In this document: piece by piece, positions 14,990-28,441 of the stretch
How positions within the stretch are numbered: the stretch's first letter is position 1
Layout of the letters: the number at the start of each line of letters is the position of its first letter
Assembly: GCA_964057225.1 (NCBI GenBank)
Contig: OZ059895.1
Location: 7,378,001-7,442,000 of the forward strand
Source: Auanema rhodensis
Lineage: Eukaryota > Animalia > Nematoda
Direction of reading: 5' to 3'
DNA length: 64,000 nt
Translations under genes and position numbers: made by a program
The notes under the pieces: model-generated
Database searches by the model: none
Seen by the model: only the letters and a program-made list of their open reading frames with translations
Told to the model about the DNA's origin: nothing

Positions 14990-16694
14990 GAAGGGAATAA
15001 GAGTAAGAAGATAAAGGAGAATATTTCAAAACGACAAGACATGGTAGAGTTGTCCTCTCTTTGTCTTTCAGAATACTTTTTCAAAACCATTTTCACATCA
15101 TTTTCATCATCATCACCATACACAACGTTGGCGAGTCGTCATCTTCATAGAGAAAGATGAAAAAAAGGAAAAAGAGGCTAGAAGAGAGTGAGAGAAAGAT
15201 GGAAAGTCGAAGCAACTATTAATCTCTTCTTTCCATTTTATGGAACAAACTGTCATCATCAGAATGGTAGCTAGTAGATGACGATAGAGACAACGTTGAA
15301 TATGAATGAGCGACATAGGTTTATCGTTGTCTCATGAAACATACCGAATGTATGAAACACATTAAGCTTTTGAAAGAGACGAAAAATTTTTCCAGAGAGA
15401 GAGGGAGGAGAAGGTGAAAGGAAAGAGGTGAAGTCAACAATCGTAACCATACAGTATGAGATGAATCTGGAGCATTTAAGATAAATAAAGAACATGGATA
15501 TGTGCTCATCATCGTTGTTGTATTTTCATCAAGCTGCCTGAATTGAGAAGAGAATGAACGACAAGTTGAGCTTAAGAATAATTGTTGTTGGTCAAGTTTA
15601 AGATATAGTTGATGTAAACGGATTACAAGAAGAGCATTCTGAATTCAGTAAAGACGTCCGTAATCATGCTATCTGAATGGCACAACTTGTTTGTTTGGAG
15701 TGGAAGAGATGAGTGAGTCAATACAAGCGGATGACTGAATTTCTGATGAAAATTGAAAAAGAGCTGAATGACTTAAGATGTTAATAGCCTTTATAAGATG
15801 AATAGAATAAAATATTCTTGAGGAAATAGTTGAAATATCTATAGAATATGAAATGAAAAGCTTAAATGATGAATCATAACATCAACAACATGCTTGTATT
15901 AGCTTTAAGGCAACATATGAACTTGACAAGTACAGTATATTCAGTCCATTCAAAGCATTTCATTAAGCTTATAAGCTAAGCATGATGATGAAAATGATAG
16001 ATATTAGAATGATGAACGATAACGAAGAACTTGGAGAGTGGTAAGGGTAAAACAGTGGAAGAGTCGCAGAAGAGGACGACGACGACGACGACAACGACAA
16101 CGATGATAGTATGGAATAGTGATAGACAGATGAAGAAAAGATGAAAAGATACAATAAAACAATCAAAAGAATAAAGTGATAAATCAGAAGACGATGAATC
16201 AATATATGAATGAAAGTGATATTCGGAAGTCAATACAAAAAAGATTTTTTTTTGAAATAGTGAGAGCATAGCTTAAGAGAGAGAAAGAGAGAGAGATTGA
16301 GGAGGGGGGAGGAAAGGATAAAGTTGAAGGAGAGAGAGATAACTGATTGGTTGGAGAAAGAGGATATGAGGGAGAGAGGGGAGAAAGTGAGGGTTATGAT
16401 GATAAGATTCTGGAGTACTGATGAGAGTATGTTGTAGATACGAAGCTATAACTAACATGAAGCATGGTATGAATACATGTAAGAGATATAGAGAGAATAA
16501 AGCATTGCTACATCTACAAGTAATGATGATAATTTAAAAGAAAATTATCAAATAATAAAGAATATTATAAAGAATATATAATTAAAGAAAATGATGATTT
16601 ATACATATAAATAGAAAAAAAAGCTAAATTGATAATAGAGAAGGTATAGTATGATAGTTATATAAGAGGATGGAAGAAGAAGAGGAAATTAGAA

Positions 16695-16726
<32 letters not shown>

Positions 16727-17145
16727 TGGTTGGAAAAAAAAAGGGGGGGGGGGACAAGTTATAGTTGTTGTAGAAATGATATAAAAATGTAAAAAAATCA
16801 ATAAATTAATATAAATCAAAATGAAGATATACTATAACATGTATACTATAACATATAAATAGCATAGTTTATGAATTGTAATGTTTATGAATATATAGAT
16901 AGATAGATGATTATAAGGAATATATAGTTGATGTTGATGATAGCCATGAATAGTATATCAGAAAAGTTTTTTCTTTCTTTCTTTCACTTAAAAAAATATT
17001 TTTTCAAATATTTTTATACAATAAATTAACTATTTGATCTCTGTTCATATAATAACTATGTGTTTTGCTTTTTTTTATTAATTATTATAAGAATTTTCAT
17101 ATAGTTATAATAAATATATTATTATTAATTATATAACTATATGAA

Positions 17146-17195
<50 letters not shown>

Positions 17196-17386
17196 GTTAA
17201 AAATTAACACAGAAAATGAATAAGGAGAGAGAGAGAGAAAGAGAGAGAGAGAAGGAGAGAGAGGCTTGCTTAGCGTCTGACATTCAGGCTGATGACTGAG
17301 AACTAACCTGGCGGACCGTCGTTCAGTCTCTGTGGCTTCGTCTGCTTACGGCGCGACGCCAAACCACACGTCGCCGGTGAGGCCAT
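1..17386 (-). CDS. sem-4: Spalt/SALL-family C2H2 zinc-finger transcription factor (SEM-4 orthologue), 3' end beyond the window
   Basis: Hand-spliced exons, all GT-AG and phase-consistent: 17386-17308, 5188-5019, 4943-4761, 2939-2832, 2762-2282, 2203-2094, 1079-935, 859-646, 598-275, 230-117, 68-<1. Product contains [11 protein letters not shown], finger [25 protein letters not shown]2HC finger [19 protein letters not shown], the Spalt double finger [83 protein letters not shown] (SAL box FTTKGNLK), and finger [21 protein letters not shown]. Confidence 0.95.
3601..3683. repeat. (AG)n microsatellite, ~40 units
   Basis: Uninterrupted agagag run. Confidence 0.97.
8161..8226. repeat. (GA)n microsatellite, slightly interrupted
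   Basis: gagaga run with AAAG interruptions. Confidence 0.93.
11073..11115. repeat. (AG)n microsatellite
   Basis: Direct reading. Confidence 0.95.
14322..14348. repeat. (CAT)n microsatellite
   Basis: catcat run; source of the spurious poly-Met/poly-Ser ORFs. Confidence 0.93.
14927..14990. repeat. (GA)n microsatellite
   Basis: Direct reading. Confidence 0.95.
17150..17192. repeat. (TA)n microsatellite
   Basis: Direct reading. Confidence 0.95.
17308..17386 (-). CDS. sem-4: First coding exon of the sem-4-like gene: [26 protein letters not shown](G)
   Basis: Preceded by acceptor tttcttcag at 17402-17401 and an in-frame upstream TGA. Ends in a phase-1 donor G|gttag that matches the phase-1 acceptor ttccag|GT at 5188. 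Encodes the SALL-type RRKQxKP motif. Confidence 0.9.
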
Positions 17387-17410
17387 TAGACATCAAGAAT
17401 CTGAAGAAAT
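17387..17410 (-). promoter_or_regulatory. Probable SL trans-splice (or 5' UTR cis) acceptor of the sem-4-like gene
   Basis: atttcttcag| 14 nt before the ATG. No upstream coding exon is needed because of the in-frame stop. Confidence 0.55.
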
Positions 17411-20400
17411 GAAGAGATTGAAATCTGATAGATAAACTGTACGTAAAACTTGAAAAAGAATATAAACATAATGATATAGTTAATAATAAAATAATAATAA
17501 AACGAAAAAGAAATTGATAGATAGATAGATAGAGAAAAAGAAAGAGAGAGAGAGAGAGAGAGAGTGAGAGAGAGAGAGTGAGAGAGAGTGAGAGAGAAAG
17601 AGAGAGATGACGATGATGGTGACGTTAACTAGTACAGTATATTTCAATATAATTGATGAAAATATAAAATTTGCGTGAAATTTCACGTGAACAAAGCATT
17701 TATAATTCTGAATTATAGAAGAACGGTTGACATGGCAAGTGGACAGTTAGGAAAACTCAACATGTACGTGACTAACGGAATTTGATGAAATTACGTTGTA
17801 TATGTCCGGTTTACATGGGGTGTGGGGGGGGGGGAGGTTATGTAAGGTAGAAGAGAGAGAGGGGAATACAAGAGGTGGTACACATGTAAGGGAAAACGTT
17901 TTTTTTTTTTGAAGAAAAGAGCTACTGAGATGATTTGTTGGCAGAAAAAAATGATGAAATAAAGTTTTGTGAGGGTAGCGGTAAAATGAAAAATGATGAT
18001 GTAACATTGGATGGAAGCATAACTTGTGTGGAGTGAATGGAAGTTTGATAGGAATTTTTTTGTCCTAGACGCTTGGAATAGTATATGAAATGAGGAGAGA
18101 GAGAAAGAAATGAAAATGAGTTAGAGAGGTGAGAGAGAGTTAGGTGAGTTGAGACGAAGAGCGGAGAGTGGAAAAGCTAAATAAACACGGTGGGCTTCTT
18201 CTCTTCATAACTCTTTCTTTCTTTCTACCCCTCTCTATCTAGATAGAAAATAAAAGAAAAGAGAGAGAGAGGGAGGAGGGAAAGCAAAAGAAATGAAGCA
18301 GGAAGAAATTGGAAAGAATCAGAGCAACGACGACACCGACAACACGGACAGTCTATAGTTGCGAGGCTGGATGAAAGCGGAAAACGAAAAAGCTGTGAGT
18401 TCAATTAATAGATTAATTGAAATAGTATATTGGTTTAAGAGTGCAGTTAGACAGTTAGTGAGAAGACAATGTAGAAGGTAAATGAGAGGAACAGAAAGAC
18501 AGAGATAATATTTCTCTGCCAACCATACATGCTAGTCAGAACGTAAAGCTTTGTTCGTGAAACACGTAAGATTGCAGAAAAAGAGATGGAAGATTAGAGA
18601 GAGAGAGAGGGAATTATGAAAAATAAAAAAAGATAGATAGATAGAGATTGAGAGGAAAAGAGAGAAGCAGATTGTGTTTTCTTTAAAAGAAATATACAGA
18701 GAAATGAGTTAAAATAATGGAAAAGCTTCATGAAGTCGGAAGAAGGAGAGAATGAACATGTGGTACATGGAATGTTAAAGAAAGCCGTTCGTTTGATTTC
18801 ATGGAAAGACATAAGTATTGCTTTCATTTCTTATATCCTTCTATGGACAAACAACTTGAAAAAAGAGCTTTTTGAGAGGAACTGGAAAGGCTGGAAGAGG
18901 GAGAGAGAATTAAAAATTTTCATGAGAATTACAATAAATCTCTGCAATATCAAAAGGAAAAGAGAGAGAGAAAGAGAGACAGAGAGAGTTAGAAAGTTGA
19001 AGAGAAGAAGAGAAAGAAAAGTTGAAATCCTATCAACAAGAGGTTAGAGGTCAATAAGAGAAATGAAATACTAAGAGAGAATAGATAAAGAATGAATGAG
19101 AGCAAGAAAATTAGAGAAAAATAGAAATGAAAGGTTATGATGAAGCTTGTGATCGTAGGTAAGGAGGTGGTGTTGGGTGTTAGGAGGGGAGAGGTAGTGA
19201 TGGTGTTGTGGGGAGTGTTGAGACTAGACGGTATGTCTGTGTATACTATGTGCAAATGGCAAATAAAAAAGTTAGATGAAGAGTGCATTACGGGGACAGG
19301 CTGGTGAAACAAGGAGAAGAAGACGTTGACGATTATGAAGGCAATGTAGTGAAGGAATGAGATTATGAAGAGGATGAAGAAGGAGAGATAAAGCTTAGAT
19401 AGTACATGTTGATGAAGCTATAACATCTTTGAAAGCTTGATGAGATGATAATATAAGTGAAGATGAATATGATTGAAGAATTTCATCATCAAGGAATGAA
19501 ACTCGTGTGCTCTGCTATTACATCTGAATATCTGAACTCATATGTATACACTACTATCTATCTCAATGGATAGTAAACTCTTATAATTCAAATATTCAAT
19601 ACTATTCTATACATACAAGTTGTGAAGTTTTCTGTCTGAAGTTCTTTCTCATTGAAATAAGAGATTGAGAATCCAAGCAGTGAAAGAGGTAAGAAGAGAG
19701 GACGAGGGAGAGAGAAAGAGGGAGAGAGAGAGAGAGTATGGATAATGATTTTTTTTGGACAAATTTGAACATGATTCAGTGCTAATCAATAGATGTCTAA
19801 AGTCATTTTTGTCTTTTCTTTTGTCTCTCATACTTCACTACTATCTGACTCTCTTCATCCTGTTCTAATGACATCTAATCGAAAGCTCATCTGAATGACA
19901 TGGATGACATCGAATAATGATCGTTTTTCCAGGCATCGTCATCGTTGATTGGCAGAAATAATGGAACTCATTAGTTATCAATATCCAGATAAACTTGTGA
20001 GTTAAAGCTGCAGCATCTGAATATTCCAAGCTTCATCTATCTATCCTTATCTCATAATATACAAGCATCATGCTCAGTATGTTCATGTTTCGGTAGCAAT
20101 GGGAGCTTATAGACACTGGTTCCGGTCAGATAGAGGTTATGGGCGGAACTGTCAGCAGTCAGCTTTTCAATTTCTTCCTTCATATCAAACTTTCATAATA
20201 CAAGGTTTGCCATCATTTCATTTCGATTACTTCTTTTACCTGTTCTTAACCTCTTGTTCTACCTTCTTTCTCTTTCATTCTTTGTTTCTTTTCACCTCTC
20301 TTTCTATCTTCTTACCTCTTTGGTTTTTCATTTATACACCACCTAACTAACATCATCATAGGCGGCCGACAGACAATTCGAAAAATCGCCGACTTGTCGT

Positions 20401-20911
20401 CCGTTGTTTCTCTTCGGCTGTTGCCCCTAGCCCCCCCACATACACTCGCCTGTAGCCATCATCTACTCTTTGACGACCAACCTATGAGGAGAAGACACTT
20501 ATGGCTCCACCCATTTTTATAATTTTCATTTATTTCTTTCTTTCTCCGTCTTCCTCTCTCTGCTTCTTGCATTCTTACTCGCAGTCTCTTTTTCTCTCTC
20601 AATCTCTCTAATTTATATGTTATATCTTAGACCCTCTTTTTCTTATTATACCTCTATAACATCTCTCATTTCGACCTCGAAAGAGCCTAGTTTCAGTAGC
20701 TTGATGATGACCTTATAAGGTAGTTGTACTAAAACTTGAGCTGGAGAAACTAAATAGAGGGTGGAGTCAGTGAAAAAGAGAGAGGAGAGGGGGGGGGTGA
20801 GAGAAAAAAGGTTTTGTAACTAACTAATGGAAGAAAATATGGTAAGTCAATCCAAGTAATAGGAAAAATAAATGAAATAACAAACATTTAATTTTATTTC
20901 TTAGCATTCCC

Positions 20912-20947
<36 letters not shown>

Positions 20948-23149
20948 ATGATGATCCTTCTACCTCTTTCCAAACTTCTTCTTATGTCTTCGAAACCAGC
21001 AATTTATTCCAAATGATGAAACGGAAAAGTAGAAATAAGAAAAGACGATTTAAAGGAAAATTGATGTACGAAAACTGCAATGAAAGAACCTTCAAATTAT
21101 CAGAAAAAAAGAAAAAATTTCCATAATATGACGAGGAAGAAACAAAAAAAAACGAAAACTAAATTGAAAATGAATGATCATCGAATAAAAAATTTTCGAT
21201 TATCGTTTTGAGTGTTGTGATATTATTGATGAAAATTAAAAGACATATAAGTCTTTTATTCTTAATTATATAGTTAAGAAAATAATAATTATTTAAATAT
21301 TATAATTAATATAATCAAGTTTGAATTGAATATAATGTTACATCAAACTTGATTCAACACACATACAGTGAACTTCTTCGGAAAAGTTTTGACTCATAAT
21401 GATGATGATAAACATCATACCCTGTTTTCGTGTTATAGATAGATACAAGTAAGAGATTCTGATAACGGCACACAATGGCTCGTTGCCAGACCACCCACAA
21501 CGATCAGATGGCTGACGTCATGACCCAGTGGACAAGACGATGAATGATCTGCTAGAAAAGAAGAAGCTGCTCAAGGCATAAAGCGGAAGAGATAGATTGT
21601 GAATGAGAGAGCGTACGTGTAATGTTATAGCATGAGAGGATGATCAAGAGACAGTTCTGAATTCCGCCCGCGGCTTCTTCTTTCTTCCTATGAATTTCTA
21701 TTTGATCTTGTCTTTACTTACTTCGGTCGTCATTTTCTGCGTCGATTTGGGTGAGATAGAGATAGTGTTGATGAGAGAGTATAAAGAGAATGAGAAGACA
21801 GTCATCACAGGCGGCACGACGACTAACCGACGACGAGCGACGACAATCACACGTATGAATTCCGTGAGTTAGAGATAAGAAGACAATATAGATTATATGA
21901 AGAGGGTGTGTAAGAGAAAAAAAGGAAAAAGCATAATCACAATATTTGCTCGAAGCTCTTTTATAAGCTTTTCTTTACTTACTCAGGGTTTCTCTTCTCA
22001 GTCAAAAAAAAATGCTTCTTTTTTCCCATAGACAGTGGATGGATTGGTCAAGCAAGCTGCTGATGTCTCTTCTCAACGACATTTTTGTGTTTGACGTCAG
22101 ATGTCATTAAATTACACGTCGTTACAGATAGCACAATGGTGAAGGTGGTATAGTAGATGTTTGTGGGATAAAGGAAGAGTAGAGAGAAGAGATTGTAATA
22201 CATAAGAACAGAAATATATAAAGAGAGAGAGAAGGAGGGAATAATGAGAAAGTAGAATTTGGAAATATTCAGAAGGAAAAAAAAAGGGTAAAATGAATTT
22301 TCATAGTAGATTCGTTGGGATTGTAGACGTAAAAAATTGATGATTGATCTCAATTCATGTATTCTGATGAAACTGATGAGAGAGCAAGGCTTGAGCGAGA
22401 AAAATAAACCTGAGAAGACAATAACGTTAGACAACATCTTGCCGATGGCGTTGAATTGTTGTCGGAAGCAGTCAGATACGGACCGGCTAGACAGTCCAGC
22501 ATCTCAGCAATGAATATCTACAAGCGGTAAGGAATCTGAATGATGTCACATCAAATTCAGCTCAACATATCAGATCATTAACTATACATATAGATATCAA
22601 AAAAATATAAGAATGATTGTTAAAATAGAAAAACTAATGAAGACAAGATGAGAAGACAAATACGATTATATGATTTGATAATTTGATCAAAAATATTGAT
22701 TTTTACTTGTTTTATATGAAAATGAAAAAGAAAAAAAATGAATTTTTTTTGATGAAAATGAAGATGATGATGTGACATTAAGACGTTGTTAGATAATATT
22801 CTGACAAAGAAACAGTTCAAGATGAGAACATAAGCATAGAAGTCAAAGTCATCAATGGATTATACATTGGATGTTTCAATACATAATCGCCTTAAGAAGA
22901 AGGACACAACAATTAAAAGGATTCTGTATGATTTTAGAATTTTTGAAAGACATACATACATGAACATCATGAGATAGGTTGACTTCAAATGGGAAAAACA
23001 GCAGATGCTAATAATCCTTTTCATTTCAGAGTTTTTTTTATTTGTTTTCCTCAAGATGTAACCATCTTTCATCATCTGCACATGGCTTATACTACCAGCA
23101 GTTGCAGCTTCTGTGGGGGTGTAGAACTTGTGAAGATTAAGAAGAAAAT

Positions 23150-23152
<3 letters not shown>

Positions 23153-23204
<52 letters not shown>
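23153..23204. repeat. (AG)n microsatellite
   Basis: Direct reading. Confidence 0.95.
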
Positions 23205-23208
<4 letters not shown>

Positions 23209-26200
23209 CTAGTATACTAGTAGCGGATCAGGGGCAAGTTGAAAGAAGCATGGTGATCTAGAATGAGGTTAAAGAGATAAATTCTTTAGTAATACAAGTA
23301 TAAAATAGAAAATGAAGAACGGCAAAGTATTATTTAATGTCTACAATACAGAGAAAAGAAAATAGAGAAGAACTACTACTGAGCTTTAAGTCATTGTCAT
23401 TGTCAAAATTGCCTCAGGGCAATTTGCTAACAATTAAAGCTATAATATAAGCTGTTCATCTACGGTAATACCCTGGAGAGAAAAGACAACGACAACGAAT
23501 AATTTTGATAGAGAGAAAGAGAATAAGAGAGAGAGAATCAGAAAAAGATATTGTGTTCGTGTATCTATCTATCTATGTATGTCTATCATACTTATATGGA
23601 ATTGAAGAATATGAAGAGTATTTCTTTGTTTTCTCTCTCTCTCACTCTCCCTCTCTCTCTTTTCAGATATCTTTCTCTCTCTCTCTCTATGCACCTTATC
23701 TCGTCTAAACTCTGCTCAACATCTTCATCATCTTACTCACTCAATCAGACTCAATGCAATTTCTATAGCCTCGGGCAATTTTTCAGAATCATCACAAGAT
23801 CTAACTTTAAAAAAAAATGTTTATAATCTTTTGAAAATATATTATTATAATATATAATTATAAAGATTATTTAATTTTATATTTTTTGAATACAAGTGTA
23901 TATGAATGAAATTAATAAAAATCTTGTAATTCTTTCATTTTATTTATTATTTCTTCTTAATTATATACTATATTCAATCCATTTTTCATTTATATTCTTT
24001 CCAAATTCTCCTATTATAGTGGAATCATTTGCAAAGATGAAGTCTCAAGAGCAATCAGGGTAAAGGCAAATGAGGCGATTAGCTATGTTCTGCCAGCATT
24101 CAGCTAAACTGAACCAACTCAATGGAACTTTCCTCTAGAGATATAGGAAAAAGCATGCGCGTCCGCTAGCTTTTGCATCGCCCGCCCGTCTCTGACACAC
24201 AACTCTAATATGCCCTCTGGCTATTTATGGCATACGGTAATGCAGCTTATGATTGGTTGCAGAGCTGCAGAATATTCCCGCCCATCATTTCATTTTCTCT
24301 CACTCATCTATGTGCATTGAAAAGAAGGAGAAAGAGGAAAAACTTCAAAAATAATTTTCATGATCTATTTTCCAAACAGGAATGAATTCGAAAAAAGGAA
24401 ATTATCGATTTTTCTAGGCTTTTCAAAGCTAAAAAAATTTTTTTTGTTAGTTTTAGCACTGTCAGTGCCTTTTCCCTGCCTTTATCGTCAGTTGGAGGCA
24501 TGGATCTCATTTTAAAAGCTAAACGAATAAGAAAGAAGACTGGAAAGGGTCGCTTCAATAGAAAAATAAAAAAAAAATTTTTTTTGAAATTGTTTGTGAA
24601 TGAATAGTTTCAAACTTTTCGTTTTTTTTTCTCTCAGGCCTTGAAATTTTCCTTATCTCAGTTCATTAAATAGCATACAAATAAAGTTTTCTGCACATAA
24701 AAACCAATACTAAGTTGATTATAAAGCATGTTTCCATCCGGTCCTGTTTTTGAATTATTTTTCATTTTGAAACGAAAGAAAAATCAATTCAAAAACGATG
24801 ATGATGATGATGATGATGATGAACCATTGATGACAAAGTCAATGAGGAGGATAAGGATTAAAGCTCTTATAAACAAGCTTTTTCTTTGAAAAAAAAGAAA
24901 GAATAAAGATTAAGATACATGATATGTAAATAATTTTTTAAATTTGTTATCAACTTATTAGAAAACTTTGATTATATTCTCCCTCATCTTCAATTTACTT
25001 CTATGCTTTTATACGTGTTATTTAAGTAAAAGCCATAAAAGTTTTTTTTTTTTCAAAAAACAAAGACAAATGCAGGAGAGGGGAAGAGAAGCTGAATAAA
25101 AAAACTTTTTTGTTCGAGAAAAATAGGAACTTTTCATGTTATAGCACATAGCTCTTTCCTATTTTTCTTGTCAATCTTGCTGCTCTGATGCTGCTTTGAT
25201 GACAATCAGATTGACTGGACCCGACTTCAGCTTCAGAAGCATGAAGTCATTTAGAAGCATTTGATAAGTATATATGTATATATAATATATAATATTATAT
25301 ATAAATTATAATGAAAATACCTATCTTCTAGAACAAAAAATTGAAAAAATAATAGAATTAAGCAGCCAAAAATGGGGGGAGAAAAATCATTCATAATGAT
25401 TAGTGAAGTTGGAAAAGAACACGATGTCGAATCATCGAATTTTGATTATTTGATGATCGAATCATAAGAAAGCAAGCATCTGAAGACAGCACGGCGGCAG
25501 CAACTGGTTCTCTTTCTCTCTCTGTTTCCATTTTTCTCTCTTTCCCTCTCTCTTTCTCTTTCTCTCTCTCTTGCATTACCTCTCTTTAACTCTTTTTTTT
25601 CTCTCAATTTCTCTATGAATCTCTTCCTCTCATTTGTTCTTTTTTGTGTATTTCATTCTGTTCTTCTACATCTCGTTGACCCTTGTCACCTTGTTCGTCG
25701 TCAATTCAATCGACGACGATGCATCTGAAGTCAAGCCTCGGATGTTGACGATGCCCTTCAAAATCAGAATAGATATTACTATATGATCAGTTGATTTTAT
25801 AACTAAAAGGGAAATGCATATAAGATTACGTTGTATGTGTATGTATGATGTACTGATGAAAGGGCTTCAGAAGTTAGATACATCTCGTCATCATCATCAT
25901 CATCATCATTCAACGAACCAACCACAACGATGTTGTCGTTCTTCATTAAAGTTTTAAATGGAAATTTCATTGAGATGTCAATCAGTGGCATTTTAAATCA
26001 ATTTTTTAAGAAATAATTTCGTTTTTAAAGAAAAAAAAGAATTTTTGAAGAAAAACAAGCAGATAGGAAATATCGGAACATCTGGAATACGTACGTAAAA
26101 GTACCGAAGTTAGATGAGGAAGCAGCTTGTGGACAACAAGCACAATCTCAATTTCCTTTGCTGAGTTGAAATAATATAATTGGACGTTGATTATAAATAA

Positions 26201-28387
26201 ATAAAAAATAATTAAAATATAATTATAATAAGCTAAAAATAAAATAAAAAAGTGAAAGTATATAAAGAAGTTTCGAGACCAAAAAAGTCTGAAGAACAGA
26301 AAAAATTGAATCAACTCGCAAGTTGAAAATAAAGGAAAAACGATGGCTTCATCGATGTCATTATCATCATCATACATGTTTCCTACAACAATATTATATT
26401 GTCTATTGACATATGCTGCTCATGCTCAAGACAATAATGCTGCTGAAAATGCTCAGATGAAGTTGCATGTGAAGCGGCGAATATAGAACAAGGATGAGAG
26501 AGAGAGAGAAAGATAGATAGCATGAATGAATTGAGAATGTCAAAAAAAAGAACGATAAATGAGTTTTGCAGAGGCAAAAGAGTAAAAATCTGAATAAGAG
26601 GGGAAAAGAGGAAAAGGGAGAAATTGACGAGAAAAGAAGAAAGGATAGAAAAGATTGTTGAATAAATAGTTTTCAAATTAAAAAAACAACAGCAGAAGCA
26701 GCAATTTGACATAAGCCCACAAGATTCATTGATGCTTATGGCAATCTGATAAGGTTGTAGCAAAAAATCTGAGTAGTGATGGACTGACAAAGACCGTTCA
26801 CAACTTCATACTCTTCGCTTTCAGTATCATCATTGCCGACATTGTCATCGTAATCGTTGTCACAGTTTACAAGATTTTTGTGTTGAGAGCGTTGTAGAAG
26901 ACATGATGTTGTCGATGCAACAATTAGACGACACACCTCAAAGTACTCTCTTCATTGGTTGAAAACCCTAATCATCAGACCGAATATTGATTGTATAAAA
27001 GAACCAAAAAAGGGCAGAAAATGAATGAAATTGACAATGAATGTGAATGACTGACAAGCAGAATCATGGTATATAGAGAAAGAAAGAGATGAAAGACCAG
27101 ATGAAGAAGATGAAAAAATGAATTCTGATATTCAGATGAGATGCGACGTAGATGTATAGGTTGACGACGTGGAGAACAGATGTGCGTATGTATGTGTACC
27201 ATCGTCATTCATATATGTAGCTTGTATAGAAGAAGTTGAAAAAGAGATATTCGGATAAAAGTACTACTTCATACAGAAAAATTGTTATAAATATATGAAT
27301 AAATATATAAATATTATATATTATATACTATATAACATATAATATATTAATATATTTATTTATATTTATATTTAGAAAGAATGAACATAGGACATCTGGA
27401 TATGTATGTTTCAAACAGAAAATGAAAAATGTTCTTGTTATTGAAGAGGAAAGAATCCTATTGAAACGGATATACAGATTACAGTATGTTGAAAGGAAAC
27501 AACGAAGGATTGACAGAATCATCGAAGTTTTAGACAACGAACTTCACTTTATCAACAATATCTAGGGATTGAATTTAAATTTTTGAATGAAAAGAATAAG
27601 AAAGTTAGAGAGAAAGAAGGAAAGAGAGAGAGAGAGGAGAAGAGAGGATTGTTCTAGCATCTTGTACCAAAATTCTCTCAATGTTTCTGAATCATCCGCA
27701 AATTGTCTCAAATCGGATGACTTCACCCTCTCATATGGACTCTATCTCTAATCGTTTTCCTCTCATTTTTTTCCTCTTTTTCAATCGCTTTTCTATTGAA
27801 AATAAGTTTTTTAATTTAAAATAGAATGACTGTTTTTCAAAAAAAAATTTTTTTTTTCAAATTTTGGAGTTCGTTTAGCTAGTTATCTACCTAATTCACT
27901 TACTCATTGTTTCAGTATAAATTGCTGAAAAAAACGAGAAAAGACGAATGTGGATTTGATTTTAAAAAAGTTTTTTTTTTTCATTTTTTTTGTATTTAAA
28001 ATGAAAAATTACGGTATATATAGGATAATAGATTAGTTAAAGAAGTAAGATAATGATCATCATCATCAACAACTTGATCATCAACTTGATCATCAACCTC
28101 ATCATCGACAGCATCTTAACTCTAAGAAAATGATTAAAACATTTCAGTTGATGAATTCCACATATTATTCTGAAAATAAAATAAATAAATATCAAATACG
28201 TATAGTATATAGTTAAGAAGAAATATACATATAAATAGAAGAAAAAAAAAGAAATTTTATGAGGAAAAGCCATGAGGCACGAAGCTAAACAAGCAAATCA
28301 AGAGCTATGAATGACAAGATATAGATAGTGAAGACGGATGTATCAGGAAGAAAAATAAATTTGAAAAGAAATCAGAAAGAGATTGAC

Positions 28388-28389
<2 letters not shown>

Positions 28390-28441
<52 letters not shown>
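28390..28441. repeat. (AG)n microsatellite
   Basis: Direct reading. Confidence 0.95.

Noticed and set aside
23403-23427. Palindrome as a possible programmed-DNA-elimination break motif
   Set aside because: No telomeric repeats nearby and I cannot verify the consensus; an AP-2-like site is the simpler reading.
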